This document shows, piece by piece, positions 24,723-36,419 of a stretch of DNA of 44,964 bases. The DNA lies in assembly GCF_001194135.2 (NCBI RefSeq), contig NC_068981.1, forward strand, positions 26,545,666 to 26,590,629, written 5' to 3'. This stretch comes from Octopus bimaculoides (lineage: Eukaryota). The notes below the pieces were generated by a model. It was not told where the DNA came from and made no database searches. It worked only from the letters and a program-made list of their open reading frames with translations. How positions within the stretch are numbered: the stretch's first letter is position 1; each line of letters opens with the position of its first letter. Both the position numbers and the translations under genes were made by a program.

Positions 24723-25711
24723 CTTTGTTTTGAAAAAAAAAAAAAAAAAATGGGATAGAAAACACTAAGGTTGACCACATCAATAAATATTACAGTAAAA
24801 CATACGATTTTTCTTTCTCAATTGGTTAATCATAAAAACAACACCAACAACCCAATTCCTTGGTAGAGTCTCTAAGACTAGTAGGAGGAGAAAGAGAGGA
24901 AGAAATCATAAGTTATGGTTGGTTGCAGTAAGAAAGAGCATATTAGAATATCAAGTAAACCTTGGATCAGAGATGTGATCTGAATGCTTGCAATGGCCCT
25001 AAGGCTTGATGTATAGAAGGAAACAGTATGTGCTGATAACCTAGCAAAGACCAAAGTCTCAGTAAGTAAGAAGGCAGCCAAATCACAAATCTCTTCCGAC
25101 AGATGAGCCTGCACAATCTGTAGAAAAGGCATAGGTAGAAACTCCATAAGATGCACCGGGTAGAAAGTACATATGGCAAGGGAAAACAAAGAATGATATA
25201 AGAAGAAATGGTGAAGTTGGACCTCAAGGAGCTGGGTGCCACACAAACAGGATGCAATATTATTGTTGCAACTGTTGTTGGTGTTGTTTAGCCCTAGATC
25301 AACCTTGATTAAGTAGACTTTATGATGAAAGATACTCCAGTTAAGAATGTCCTATCTTTTATACAAACAATAAACATCTATGATTACAGTAATGTATTCA
25401 TCATCATCATCGTTTAACGTCTACTTTCCATGCTGGCATGGGTTGGACAGTTTGACTGGGGACTGGTGAGCCAGATGGCTGCACCAGGCACCAATCTGAT
25501 TTGGCAGAGTTTCTACAACTGGATGCCCTTCCTAACGCCAACCACCCTGAGAGTGTAGTAATGTAATGTATTATTTTATTTTATATTGCAATTTATTGAA
25601 AATTTTGAGAATGGTTGCAACATGCCAATCACTGGTTCACTACCATTATAATAGTGAGAGTAAGAAGAATATCACTGGTTTTTCAGTTTCTTGATGTTCA
25701 TTTGCTCTCAC

Positions 25712-25742
<31 letters not shown>

Positions 25743-25905
25743 TAAGCATGTAAGTAGTGAAGAATATCCAGCTACAGAAACCAAGTGAAATAACACAAGT
25801 GAAACACCAGAAGCATCAGTCAATAGAAGGAGCAATAAGATCTCCCAAAAAAATAACTTGGACTGTGACAACCTGCTTGACCGATGCAGTCTGAGGTATA
25901 CTTAC

Positions 25906-26127
25906 ATCAAATATATATTGTAACTGGTTTTCTACCATCTCCAAATGCTGTCTGGTTTTCCTCTGTAGTTCAATGGAGTCATTATCACCAGAAAAGTTGC
26001 TAGTGTTGAAAAAAGATGCCAGTTTTAACCAAATGCTTGGAAAATTGAACTGTGATGACTTCTCAGCCTCTTCAGAAGTTCTAACTTCTTTTTTGGCATG
26101 AGCAATGTTTATCAGTAATTTTCGAAC
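25906..26127 (-). CDS. SMPD4: SMPD4 exon, 222 nt, phase 0-0
   Basis: cgacag|GTT..GAT|gtaagt. VRKLLINIAHAKKEV..RKTRQHLEMVENQLQYIFD is open throughout and keeps the frame. Confidence 0.9.
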
Positions 26128-26194
26128 CTGTCGATGATAAAACAGAAAAAATTAAAATCACAAACATCAAATTGTTGGATCAGGTGATGAAAGT

Positions 26195-28002
26195 TACGGA
26201 GAGAGAGAGAGAGAGTTAGCCTAGATGAGAAGCAGTTTGGCTTTGTACGAGGAAAAAGCACAATTGATGCTATATTTCTGGTAAGACAGCTGCAGGAGAA
26301 ACACCTAACCAAAGATAAACCTCTGTACTTCACTTTTATTGACATGGAGAAGGCCTTTGACAGGGTCCCCTGATCCCTTATCAGGTGGTCAATGCACAAA
26401 CTAGGGAAAGACAAATGGTTGGTGAGAGCTGTACAAGCCAAGTACAGGAATGCTACCAGTAAGGTGAGGGTTGGCAATGAGTACAGTGAAGAATTCAGGA
26501 TACAAATAGGGGTTCACCAAGGATCAGTTCTCAGCCCCCTCTTGTTCATCAAAGTTCTCCAGGTAACAACAGAGGAATTTAAGACAGGTTGCCCATGGGA
26601 GTTTCTCTATGCTGATGACCTTGCACTTATTGCTGAATCACTACCAGAACTAGAGAGGTTCCAGGTATGGAAGTAAGGTCTAGAATCAAAGGGCTTTAGA
26701 GATAACCTAGCAAAGACCAAAGTCTCAGTAAGTAAGAAGGCAATCAAATCACAAATTTCTTCCGACAGATGAGCCTGCACAATCTGTAGAAAAGGCACCG
26801 GTAGAAACTCTGTAAGATGCACCTGGTATAAGCTTTGGACACAGAAAACGTGCAGCAATATCAGAGAAAGGTTAATAGGGAAACTAGCTTTTGTATGTGG
26901 AAGATGCACAAGTACAATAACCACTGAAAATGTGCAGTAAACAGACTGCTAGGTGGGCAAACTAGTTTCTATTATCTAGGTGACCAAGCTACAAGTGGAG
27001 TGGGGTGCACCGAGAGCATAATTGTGAGAATAAGATTAGGCTGGGCAAAGTTCAGAGAGCTCTACCTCTGCTGGCAACAAAGGGCCTCTCTCTCAGAGTA
27101 AAAAGCAGATTGAATGAGGCCTGTGCGAGAACAGCTATGCTACATGGCAGTGAAACATGGGCTGTGACAGCTGAAGTCATGCATAGGCTTGAAGGAAATG
27201 AAGCCAGTATGCTTCACTGGATGTGCAATGTCAGTGTGCATATTTGACAGAGTATAAACATCTGAGAGAAAAGTTAGGCATAAGTGGCATCAGATGTGGT
27301 GTGCAAGAGAGACCACTGCACTGGTATGGTCATATGGTGCATATGGATGAGGACAGTTGTGTAAAGAAGTGCCAATCTCTAACTGTGGAGGAAACTTGTG
27401 GTAGAGGTAGACCCAGGAAGACACGGGATGATGTGGTGAAGCATGATTCTTAAACTTTGTGCCTCACAGAGGCAATGACTAGTGAGACCTTTGGCAATAT
27501 ACCGTGCATGAGAAAAATCCGTCAAGCCAAGTGAAATTGTAGTCATAGTTGATGTTGGTGTCATGTAACTGGCACCCATGCCAGTGGCACGTAAAGAGCA
27601 CTGTTGGAGCATTGAGCCGCAGGGAGGCAAAGTGACCGAGTTCCTTTCAAGCGTTGGGCCTCACGGAAGCAAAGAGGCTGAGTTCCTTTCAAGTGTTGGG
27701 CTTCACAGATGCAATGACCGAGGCCTTTGGGATTATGTCGTGCTTGAGAAGAAGACCCACCAAGCCGAGTAAAATCACAGTCATGGCAGATACTGGTGTC
27801 ACACAAATAGCACCTGTGCCAGTGGCACGTAAAAGCACCCATTACACTCTTGGAGTGATTGGCATCAGGAATGGCATCTAGCCATATTAAACCATGCCAA
27901 ATCAAGCTGGAGTCTGATGCAGCCTTCCAGCTTACCAGCCCTGGTCAAACTGTCCAATCCATGCCAGCATGGACAACTGGCGTTAAATGATGATGATGAT
28001 GA
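26195..28002 (+). mobile_element. 5'-truncated RTE-clade LINE (RT, PHD-like finger, long 3'UTR) in an SMPD4 intron
   Basis: QFGFVRGKSTIDAIF..FIDMEKAFDRVP..GVHQGSVLSPLLF..LYADDL..NLAKTKV..CTICRKGTGRNSVRC..FVCGRC..MLHGSETWAV..GRGRPRKT, then a 3'UTR ending in (GAT)n. Stops and frameshifts are present. Confidence 0.92.
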
Positions 28003-28537
28003 AATAACAATAATCAGATTTTGTAGATTGCATTAAGTTAATTAACGACTAATGTCAATAATCATCATCATCATTTAACGTCTGCTTTCCATGCTAGCAT
28101 GGGTTGGACGATTTGACTGGAGACTGGCAAACCAGATGGCTACACCAGATTCCAATCTGATCTGGCAGAGTTTCTACAGCTGTATGCACCTTCCTAATGC
28201 CAACCACTCCGAGAGTGCAGTGGGTGCTTTTTACGGGAAAAAAAAGCACCTAATACACTCTGTAAAGTGACTGGTGTTAGGAAGGGTATCCAGCCATAGA
28301 AACCTTGCCAAAGCAGACAATTGGAGCTTGATGCAGTTCTTCAACTTGCCAGCTACAATCAAACTGTCCAACCCAGACCAGCCGGGGAAATGGAAGTCAA
28401 TTAAAGATGACAATGCCCATAAATCCAATCAAATAAGTAGGGACCACCTACAATCCATAAATACAAAATTATATTTATTCAACACAAAAGTTAAAAAAGA
28501 GTAATGAAGTAACATGTAAAAAACAAAATTAGCTTAC

Positions 28538-28713
28538 TGTATCAACAGTAGTTCGATCAAACAGGGGCAAGTATTGGAATCCTGGTCTCTCCAATTCTGA
28601 TATTTGAACATTGAGAGCAGCATTTAATCTGTGATCAGGAGACAAATAGCTACCACCGATATCTCTGGATGTACTGGCTTGAAGGAATATTGGTTGATAC
28701 ATTTCCTCTTCAG
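28538..28713 (-). CDS. SMPD4: SMPD4 exon, 176 nt, phase 1-0
   Basis: ttttcttttag|CT..ACA|gtaagc. (A)EEEMYQPIFLQ..VQISELERPGFQYLPLFDRTTVDT compares with human HVYSLEGQDCKYTPMF. Confidence 0.9.
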
Positions 28714-30112
28714 CTAAAAGAAAAGAGCAATAAAATATAAAGTTAAAAGCCAGTTTATATATTGGTATCGTTCATCATTTGTTTAACGTCCGCTTTCCAT
28801 GCTAGCATAGGTTGTACGATTTGACTGAGGACTGGTGAACCAGATGGCTACACCTGGCTCCAATCTGATTTGGCAGAGTTTATACAGCTGGATGCCCTTC
28901 CTGATGCCAACCACTCCGGGAGTGTAGTGGGTGCTTTTACGTGCCACCGGCACGAAGGCCAGTCAGGCGGTACTGGCAATGGCCACACTCAAAAGGTGTA
29001 TTTTGCGTGCCACCCACACAGGAGCCAGTCCAGCGACACTGGCAATGACCTCGCTCGAATGTCTTTTCACGTGCCAGGAAGGCGACATTTCAATTAATAG
29101 GACAACATAACTGTAATAACTAAGATTAAAATAGTAAAATTGTGGTCATTAGCATAACAGTGTAAACTCATAGCCACATAAAAAATACATAACGTAAGAT
29201 TACTAAAGGAAACCACACATCTCCTCCACAGCAAGACACTGCTGTTTCTGTCCATCATATTTCAGCCTCTCAGCACCTGGCATAGATCCACCTCCCTCAA
29301 TTCTACTCCTGACTCAGTTGAAACTCCTTGTCTTGCGAGTTACTAATGACCTCACTAAATGTCAGTGCCACATGAAAAGTACCCAGGACACACTTCTGTT
29401 CATTGTCTATATAATCTGAGATGACAGTGAATCTTTTGTATTCACTGAACAATGCTGACTTAGGTCAGTACTTCATCTGTCTGACCCTCTTGTTCTCTCT
29501 CCTATTCTTTACCCCTTGTCAACCGTCTAACAAGGGATGGCACTAGTTTTATCCACACTCAATTCCAAAACACTACCACCACCATCACTACCACTCTACC
29601 TCTCTCATCCATCATGAAGCTTATGTATAAACGACAGTATAAAATCTATTTATATCCCATACACTATACATCATCTCTATTCTGAATTGCCAGTCTTCAT
29701 TCCTTCACAGCGAGATTACTCATTGCTGATATCAATTATTCTGTTACCACATCTCCCACTCTCTAACCCCATTCACTATATTTCAGCCATTATACTCTAG
29801 CTTCATCACTTTAATGTCCACTTTTTCATGCTTGCCTGGATCTGATGAAACCTGGAGGTTTTTGCTGTTGTCAACCCCCATCTCTTCCCAAACAACAAAC
29901 ATTGGACATGCTTTTCTAGGGAATTATAAACAAATGACACCGTTTGTATGAAGGTGACTTTTGTTTACAATCAGCATGCACATGTCAAAACAAGAGGAAT
30001 ACACACACTCTCCCACATAAACCCCCCCCCCAATACACACATACCCATACACACACCCTTATAGAAACTTAATAAATAACAGAATAATTAAAAACAAGGG
30101 TATTTCACAAAC

Positions 30113-30152
30113 CTTTGTGAAGCATAGCTACAAGGTTAGGATTGCTGAACAC
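30113..30152 (-). CDS. SMPD4: SMPD4 40-nt exon, phase 0-1
   Basis: ttttttacctctttctag|GTG..AAA G|gtttgt. VFSNPNLVAMLHK compares with human VFAQPNLAEMIQK and supplies the required phase change. Confidence 0.9.
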
Positions 30153-30292
30153 CTAGAAAGAGGTAAAAAAGGGACAAAATCAATATTCAGACTGCATTCA
30201 ATATTCAGATATAACTGAAGAATATGGTAATGAACCAATGTGGGTTAATAAAATATGTCATAGCTACATTTATGATTAAATGAGAGAGAGAG

Positions 30293-30351
<59 letters not shown>

Positions 30352-31336
30352 CTAGTTTAATGAAGATCTCATAAGTAGTTATAATTACAAACAAAAAATG
30401 TGATTAAATCATAATTGAAAGTTAAGAAAATAATAGAGGTGTTCGAAATAAATAGAAACTGTCTCAGTGAACTAGTTGAAACAAGTAAAAGAATAAAATA
30501 AAATATATTTTCCTATAATTTTTATGAAACTGTAAAATAGTGATTCATTCACAAAACCTCTCATAATTTTTTTTAAGTAGGAGCACTTTACACTATACTC
30601 CATCTAGCTCATCAACATGTACACTTACATGCCAAAGGTGAAACAGTCTTTGCTTCAAACCAGCCACTGTCCCTCACAGTATTCCTTTCATTAGTCTCAA
30701 ACAATGTACCACAGACTTAACTCCACACCTAAGGGATCTATCCAGAACACTATAAATACTGAGCCACAATATTTCACCGAGACAATCCCACCTGATAATA
30801 TCCCATCCTGTATCAGAAATGACTGGCTTTCCTTTCCAAGATCAGAAAATACTTCAGTTCCCAACAATTATCAACCCTTTACAAAGCCCAACCAAATTCC
30901 ACACCGAAATACTGAAACTAAATTTGGAATAAATGCTGCTGCTACACATTCAGATAACCAAAACTGCATCCAAAACAAGTCACCCATCTGCATCTGGCTC
31001 TCTGATGTTATGCCTCCTTACTTTGCATCTACTGCTACAGCAGCCAGTGCTCCTCAAGGGCTGGCTAATGCTCTTTTGAGACCCACCTATCTTTGTGACA
31101 GTCACACAGTAAATGTCATATTCTGATATAAGCTGTTTCAGCATTCACGGATTTTAACCATAATCTTTGTCTATTACTTTTTAGTAACATGTATTTTCTT
31201 GTAAGTATGCTTTTGTACTTATTGTAGAAATTCAAATACAATACCCATTACCTACCTGCCAACCTATCATTCTACTTCAATGCATTAATGGATTAATTTT
31301 GCTAAAAAAAAACAAACATTATGTATCAAAGCTCAC

Positions 31337-31460
31337 CTTTGTTATTCTGAACATCATGTAAGCATTGTGGGGAGAAGTAAGGTCCATTCGGAAGAAGCGT
31401 GGCAGAATTTGATGGAAAATTGCAGAGTAGAACAGTAAGTTATCAACAACAAAGCTGTAC
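31337..31460 (-). CDS. SMPD4: SMPD4 exon, 124 nt, phase 2-0
   Basis: (W)YSFVVDNLLFYSAIFHQILPRFFRMDLTSPHNAYMMFRITK compares with human WAPFVQENLLMY..DLVSPKHALMVFRVAK. Confidence 0.95.
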
Positions 31461-32681
31461 CTGAAATTAGATTAAATCATAACAAACATAACAAAACACA
31501 ACTTGTCTCTCCTCCGCTCATTACTTTACTTACATGTGCCCACCACTCCTCTGGTTTTCACTAACCATCATGACTAATGATTAGAGGAAAAGATTCTCTC
31601 CCTAAAAATGCCATTCTTCAAGAATGCCCCGCACATGTTTTTTTTTTCAACCACTTTCTATTTATAAGTATTCAAGAGATGCATCAACCATGTCAATCCA
31701 ACTCACCAGTCTTAGAGGTACTGCAAAGATCATGAGTATAAACTATTCCTCCAGAATGGTTTGGACCTATATTATTAAAAAAATATACAATGTCTTATAC
31801 TGCACAGCAGCTGTGGAGAGAAAACAGTTGTTGAAACCGACCTTCCTAATTTTAGTACGATGAACCTACTTTTTGAAGCATTTAACCAATAGATTCTCTA
31901 TTTCTAGCAAATAATATATTTTTAATTCTAATTGGATCAGGGACTATTTTCATAGGGACAACCAAAGACAAGTAAATTGATTCCCCAACTAATAGCAGAC
32001 GAAAAAGTTAGTCACTGCCTAAAATGCTACCATTTGATATCATTCACAATGCAACAATAACAATTTTCTAATTGATAGTTGTCTATTTATAATTCTAATT
32101 TGTAATCCATAGTGTGTACACCTGTAAACTGCATGACAACCTCACAAGTGCTGATGGCATGGAAAAAGCACCCAGTACACTCTGTGAGTTGGTTGGTGTC
32201 AGGAAGTGCATCAAGCTAGAGAAACAATGCCAAAGCAGACACTGGAGCAGAATGCAGTTCTGGGGCCCACTAGATCTTGGTAAACTGTTCAACCTATGCA
32301 AGCATGTAACATGGATATTAAATGAACTTGATAATGATAATGATGACCTTTACTTAAATATACTGAACCAAGATGACTGACATCAATCAGTTGATATGTT
32401 TTCTTAGAGAAAAAGAAAAACCTTTTTAACAGTGCATGATTTAACGACAGTTGAAAATTGTCTGGTGAGGAATTAACAAATGACACTATCATAAATGTGA
32501 TCCCAAGAGTAACCAAAAGCCAAATCTCTGGTGACAGCAAAAATTTACACAATTACAAAAAAAAACAGAACCAAAACTGGCAATGCCAAAATTAATCTGT
32601 CAAAAAAGAGTCTCAAATCTTTCCCAAGCTCTATCTTCAGTTATATATCTATGGGATGAAGATACATATAAAAGAACTTAC

Positions 32682-32794
32682 CATCTGTCTTGTATAATTG
32701 CATTATCATCCTCTTCATTATTGCTCCGTAAGTTAGGCTTACTTTGGCTAACATAGCGCCAAGGCTGAATGTAACTTAACCAGGTCTCTAGTAG
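32682..32794 (-). CDS. SMPD4: SMPD4 exon, 113 nt, phase 0-2
   Basis: LLETWLSYIQPWRY.. compares with human VLEMWLSYLQPWRY. AG/GTAAGT bounded. Confidence 0.95.
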
Positions 32795-33338
32795 CTGTAT
32801 GAATACAATGTTGTAGAGGAAAATAAGCACAAAGAAAAATTAGCTGAATAGGAAACAGAAAGAAACCAATAGAAGTTGGGGATAATCAAGAACTTTGACA
32901 AACTTAGGTGATTGATTGACTGACTAAATGACTAATCAATTAATTAACTGGTTGAATGTTAACTAATTGAGCAGTAATAATAAAAGGAGTGAAATAGACC
33001 CAGTGCATGTGTTTATTATTGAGTATAATGACCCTCCTGATATACAAGATCTTGTTACAACACAAGAGTTCACATCAAGGATCTTGCAAACCAAACACAA
33101 AACACATCTACACTAAACTCTCTTAACTTTTATTCTAATGATACAAAACACACAACTATGGGTGTTCTGACTAGCTACAGAGTTCAAACCACAACAAGGT
33201 CAACTTTGCTTTTCATCTTTTCAGGGTTAATAGAACTACAAATTCAGGGCAGTGGCTGATGGAAGATGTCTAAATGTAACATCAAACATTCAGATATTTT
33301 CCACCAGTCTTACAGGCCACTGCTTTTTACTATCCACA

Positions 33339-33376
<38 letters not shown>

Positions 33377-34026
33377 GGGCATTAGTGAGTGTCTACAGAA
33401 GAGATCACTGTTGTTATTCTATTTTAGACTCAAACCTGAATAAACATCCCAGCACCCACTATCTTGTTTTGTTTTCCTTACCTATTTTAAGACTGTGAAT
33501 TGCAATCTGAAATAAAGGAGTATGTGTGGACATATAATTTAAATGGATGAGTGCCAAATAAAGTGCACTATGTTACCACAAGAAGATCAACATATTGCCA
33601 CAACTTTGACAAGAATGTTGAGTAGCCAAAGATAACATGACATAGTACTGTCAATACTGAGAGATGATAAACCTTATAGAGGAATTTTTTTCAATCTGGT
33701 TTCATTATTCATATTATGACCAAGAACTGTAGTCTCATTTTATTTGCAATAATCTGGTGCATCTTGAAAAGTCTAGGGATCACCTGAACTTGTAGGTAGA
33801 CCTGTGGATCACCAAGAAAATACCTCAAACTACAACCTAAAAAGAACATTTGATAATGTAGTCTTAGATACATTATGCATTAAAAAAAGGTGATAGTCAA
33901 GGCTAGAATGCAGTTCATTGTAGGTCTATTTAATTATGGATGACCTGGGATAAACAACAATGAAATCAATAGAAAAAATTATATATAGCTAAAAGAAAAA
34001 CAAATATAGACCTAAAATGACCTTAC

Positions 34027-34117
34027 CAATCTAAATGAAGAATCCAGTGGCCACCAGTGGAAAGCATGACGTAAAAATGTATAAAGGCGCTTCTGAATGA
34101 TTCCAAGAACTGTAGTC
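34027..34117 (-). CDS. SMPD4: SMPD4 exon, 91 nt, phase 2-0
   Basis: TTVLGIIQKRLYTFLRHAFHWWPLDSSFRL compares with human [21 protein letters not shown]. Confidence 0.95.
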
Positions 34118-34321
34118 CTAGTAATTAAAAAAGAGAAGTTAACAAAATGAACATGTGAAACACATGATCAAAACGAATATGATTTTTTTTTTTAAATTGA
34201 AAATTGAATTGTCTTTGGACTTAAATAAACATCAACACATTCACATAAATAAATACAAACACACATAATTAATGTGAAACTAGTTAATAAGAGGAAAAAA
34301 AAAAAGTTGGAGGCAGCTCAC

Positions 34322-34467
34322 TTTTTGAATTGATCAATTGATGTGGGGAGCTGTTGGTAGTAAGGCGTTGACGATATTGGAGGTAATGCACTGTTCACAA
34401 AATAGTGCAGATGTTTTACAAGCACCCGTGCTATTCGAATGTGGTTGATTGTTGGTACATATAATTC
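34322..34467 (-). CDS. SMPD4: SMPD4 exon, 146 nt, phase 0-2
   Basis: ELYVPTINHIRIARVLVKHLHYFVNS.. compares with human [24 protein letters not shown]. Confidence 0.95.
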
Positions 34468-35696
34468 CTGCAGCAAAAGAAGAAAGCAAAATAATTTAAG
34501 AACATAAAAGCATAACAATCTGAATTCAAAAGTAATCCAAATGAATTTGGTTGTTATTGTAACTGCACAGAAAAATAAAATCTTCTTTATCACTTGATAA
34601 AATGCATGAATGTACAGGATTAGAGAGCAGGTGAAGAGAAGAGAGAGAGAAAGAGTAGAAGGAAGAGAAAGACAGAAAGCTTATAGTCATCTTGTTATTC
34701 AGGATGTAATTTTTAATGTGCCTGAGAAGACTCGGCAAGCCAAGTGAGACCAAAATCCAAGGCCTCTGCCAGGGATGTAGCCAGCCCACTTACGCGTACT
34801 CTGCTTGCAAAGACCTGTTGAGGCAAGTGAAATCGAAATTGGACCAAATTCGACGACTGGCCCCCATGCCAACATCTCCTCCATTGGACACTAAACTCTG
34901 CTTGCGAAAACCTGTTGGGGCAAGCGAAAGCGAAATTGTGATGTCACCACCGTTCGAGCGTGATCGTTACCAGCGTCGCCTTCCTGGCACTTGTGCCGCA
35001 ACTTCGAGTTCCTGGCACGTGATAAGTCATTCGAGTGAGATCATTGCTAGAGACATTTTAGTAAATAATTAAATATATATAAACCTGTATATTTANNNNN
35101 NNNNNNNNNNNNNNNNNNNNNNNNNNNNNNNNNNNNNNNNNNNNNNNNNNNNNNNNNNNNNNNNNNNNNNNNNNNNNNNNNNNNNNNNNNNNNNNNNNNN
35201 NNNNNNNNNNNNNNNNNNNNNNNNNNNNNNNNNNNNNNNNNNNNNNNNNNNNNNNNNNNNNNNNNNNNNNNNNNNNNNNNNNNNNNNNNNNNNNNNNNNN
35301 NNNNNNNNNNNNNNNNNNNNNNNNNNNNNNNNNNNNNNNNNNNNNNNNNNNNNNNNNNNNNNNNNNNNNNNNNNNNNNNNNNNNNNNNNNNNNNNNNNNN
35401 NNNNNNNNNNNNNNNNNNNNNNNNNNNNNNNNNNNNNNNNNNNNNNNNNNNNNNNNNNNNNNNNNNNNNNNNNNNNNNNNNNNNNNNNNNNNNNNNNNNN
35501 NNNNNNNNNNNNNNNNNNNNNNNNNNNNNNNNNNNNNNNNNNNNNNNNNNNNNNNNNNNNNNNNNNNNNNNNNNNNNNNNNNNNNNNNNNNNNNNNNNNN
35601 NNNNNNNNNNNNNNNNNNNNNNNNNNNNNNNNNNNNNNNNNNNNNNNNNNNNNNNNNNNNNNNNNNNNNNNNNNNNNNNNNNNNNNNNNNNNNNNN

Positions 35697-36140
35697 TTTT
35701 TTTTTTTTTTGCCTTTGACCCTCCAACGCGGAGTATAGGCCACTAATAATTGAATTCCATGTCGCATAATTTTTCGCTTCTGTACTTATACTCTGCCATG
35801 AATGTCCCCCTTCCTCTAGTTCCTTTTGTGTTGATCTACGCCACAAGTTCTTAGGCCTACCTTTCTTTCTATATCCATCCGGATTCTATGGTAAGGCACT
35901 TTTCGCTACATTTGGTGTGTCCTATCTAATTGTGCTACCAATCCACTTCCACTTTTTCTTATATATTTGCTCCCTAATCGAAACTTGATTTGTTCTTTGT
36001 CATAGCTCCATATTGCTTATGTGTTCGGGCCATCTAATTTCAAGTATACTACGCAAGCATCTGTTGATGAATGATTGTATTTGCTTATTTAATTTAACTG
36101 TTGTTCGCCATGTCTCAGCCACATACAATAACACCAAATA
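35697..36140 (-). mobile_element. 5'-truncated LINE 3' end with poly(A)
   Basis: LLYVAETWRTT..FINRCLRSILEIRWPEHISNMELW..KKWKWIG..GYRKKGRPKNLWRRS, followed by an A tail abutting the gap. Confidence 0.85.
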
Positions 36141-36419
36141 GCCATTAGCAGACCAAAATCTTGTGAGTGGATTTGGAAAACAGAAACTGAAAGAAGTTTG
36201 TCATATACAGTAATCTCTTGACTATCACAGGTGCTACGTTCCAAAATCTCCCACAGAAATAACTAAAATCTAAAAAACATATAAATACCTATCAGCTGCA
36301 GAAACCTGAATTTGGCTAATACATATATTAGCCAGAAAAACCTGCGATGTACTGAGTGAGCAATAGGTGAGCCACGATGTACTAAGTGCACAATGGGTGA
36401 AACATGATACGGCGAGGGA

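Noticed and set aside
30704-31126. 140-aa ORF on +
   Set aside because: No recognisable domain, low-complexity composition, antisense within an SMPD4 intron; probably degraded LINE or chance.
34516-34563. Possible SMPD4 micro-exon after tttttctgtgcag
   Set aside because: No frame gives a stop-free phase 0-0 exon with a good donor, and there is no similarity to the expected ExWL segment.
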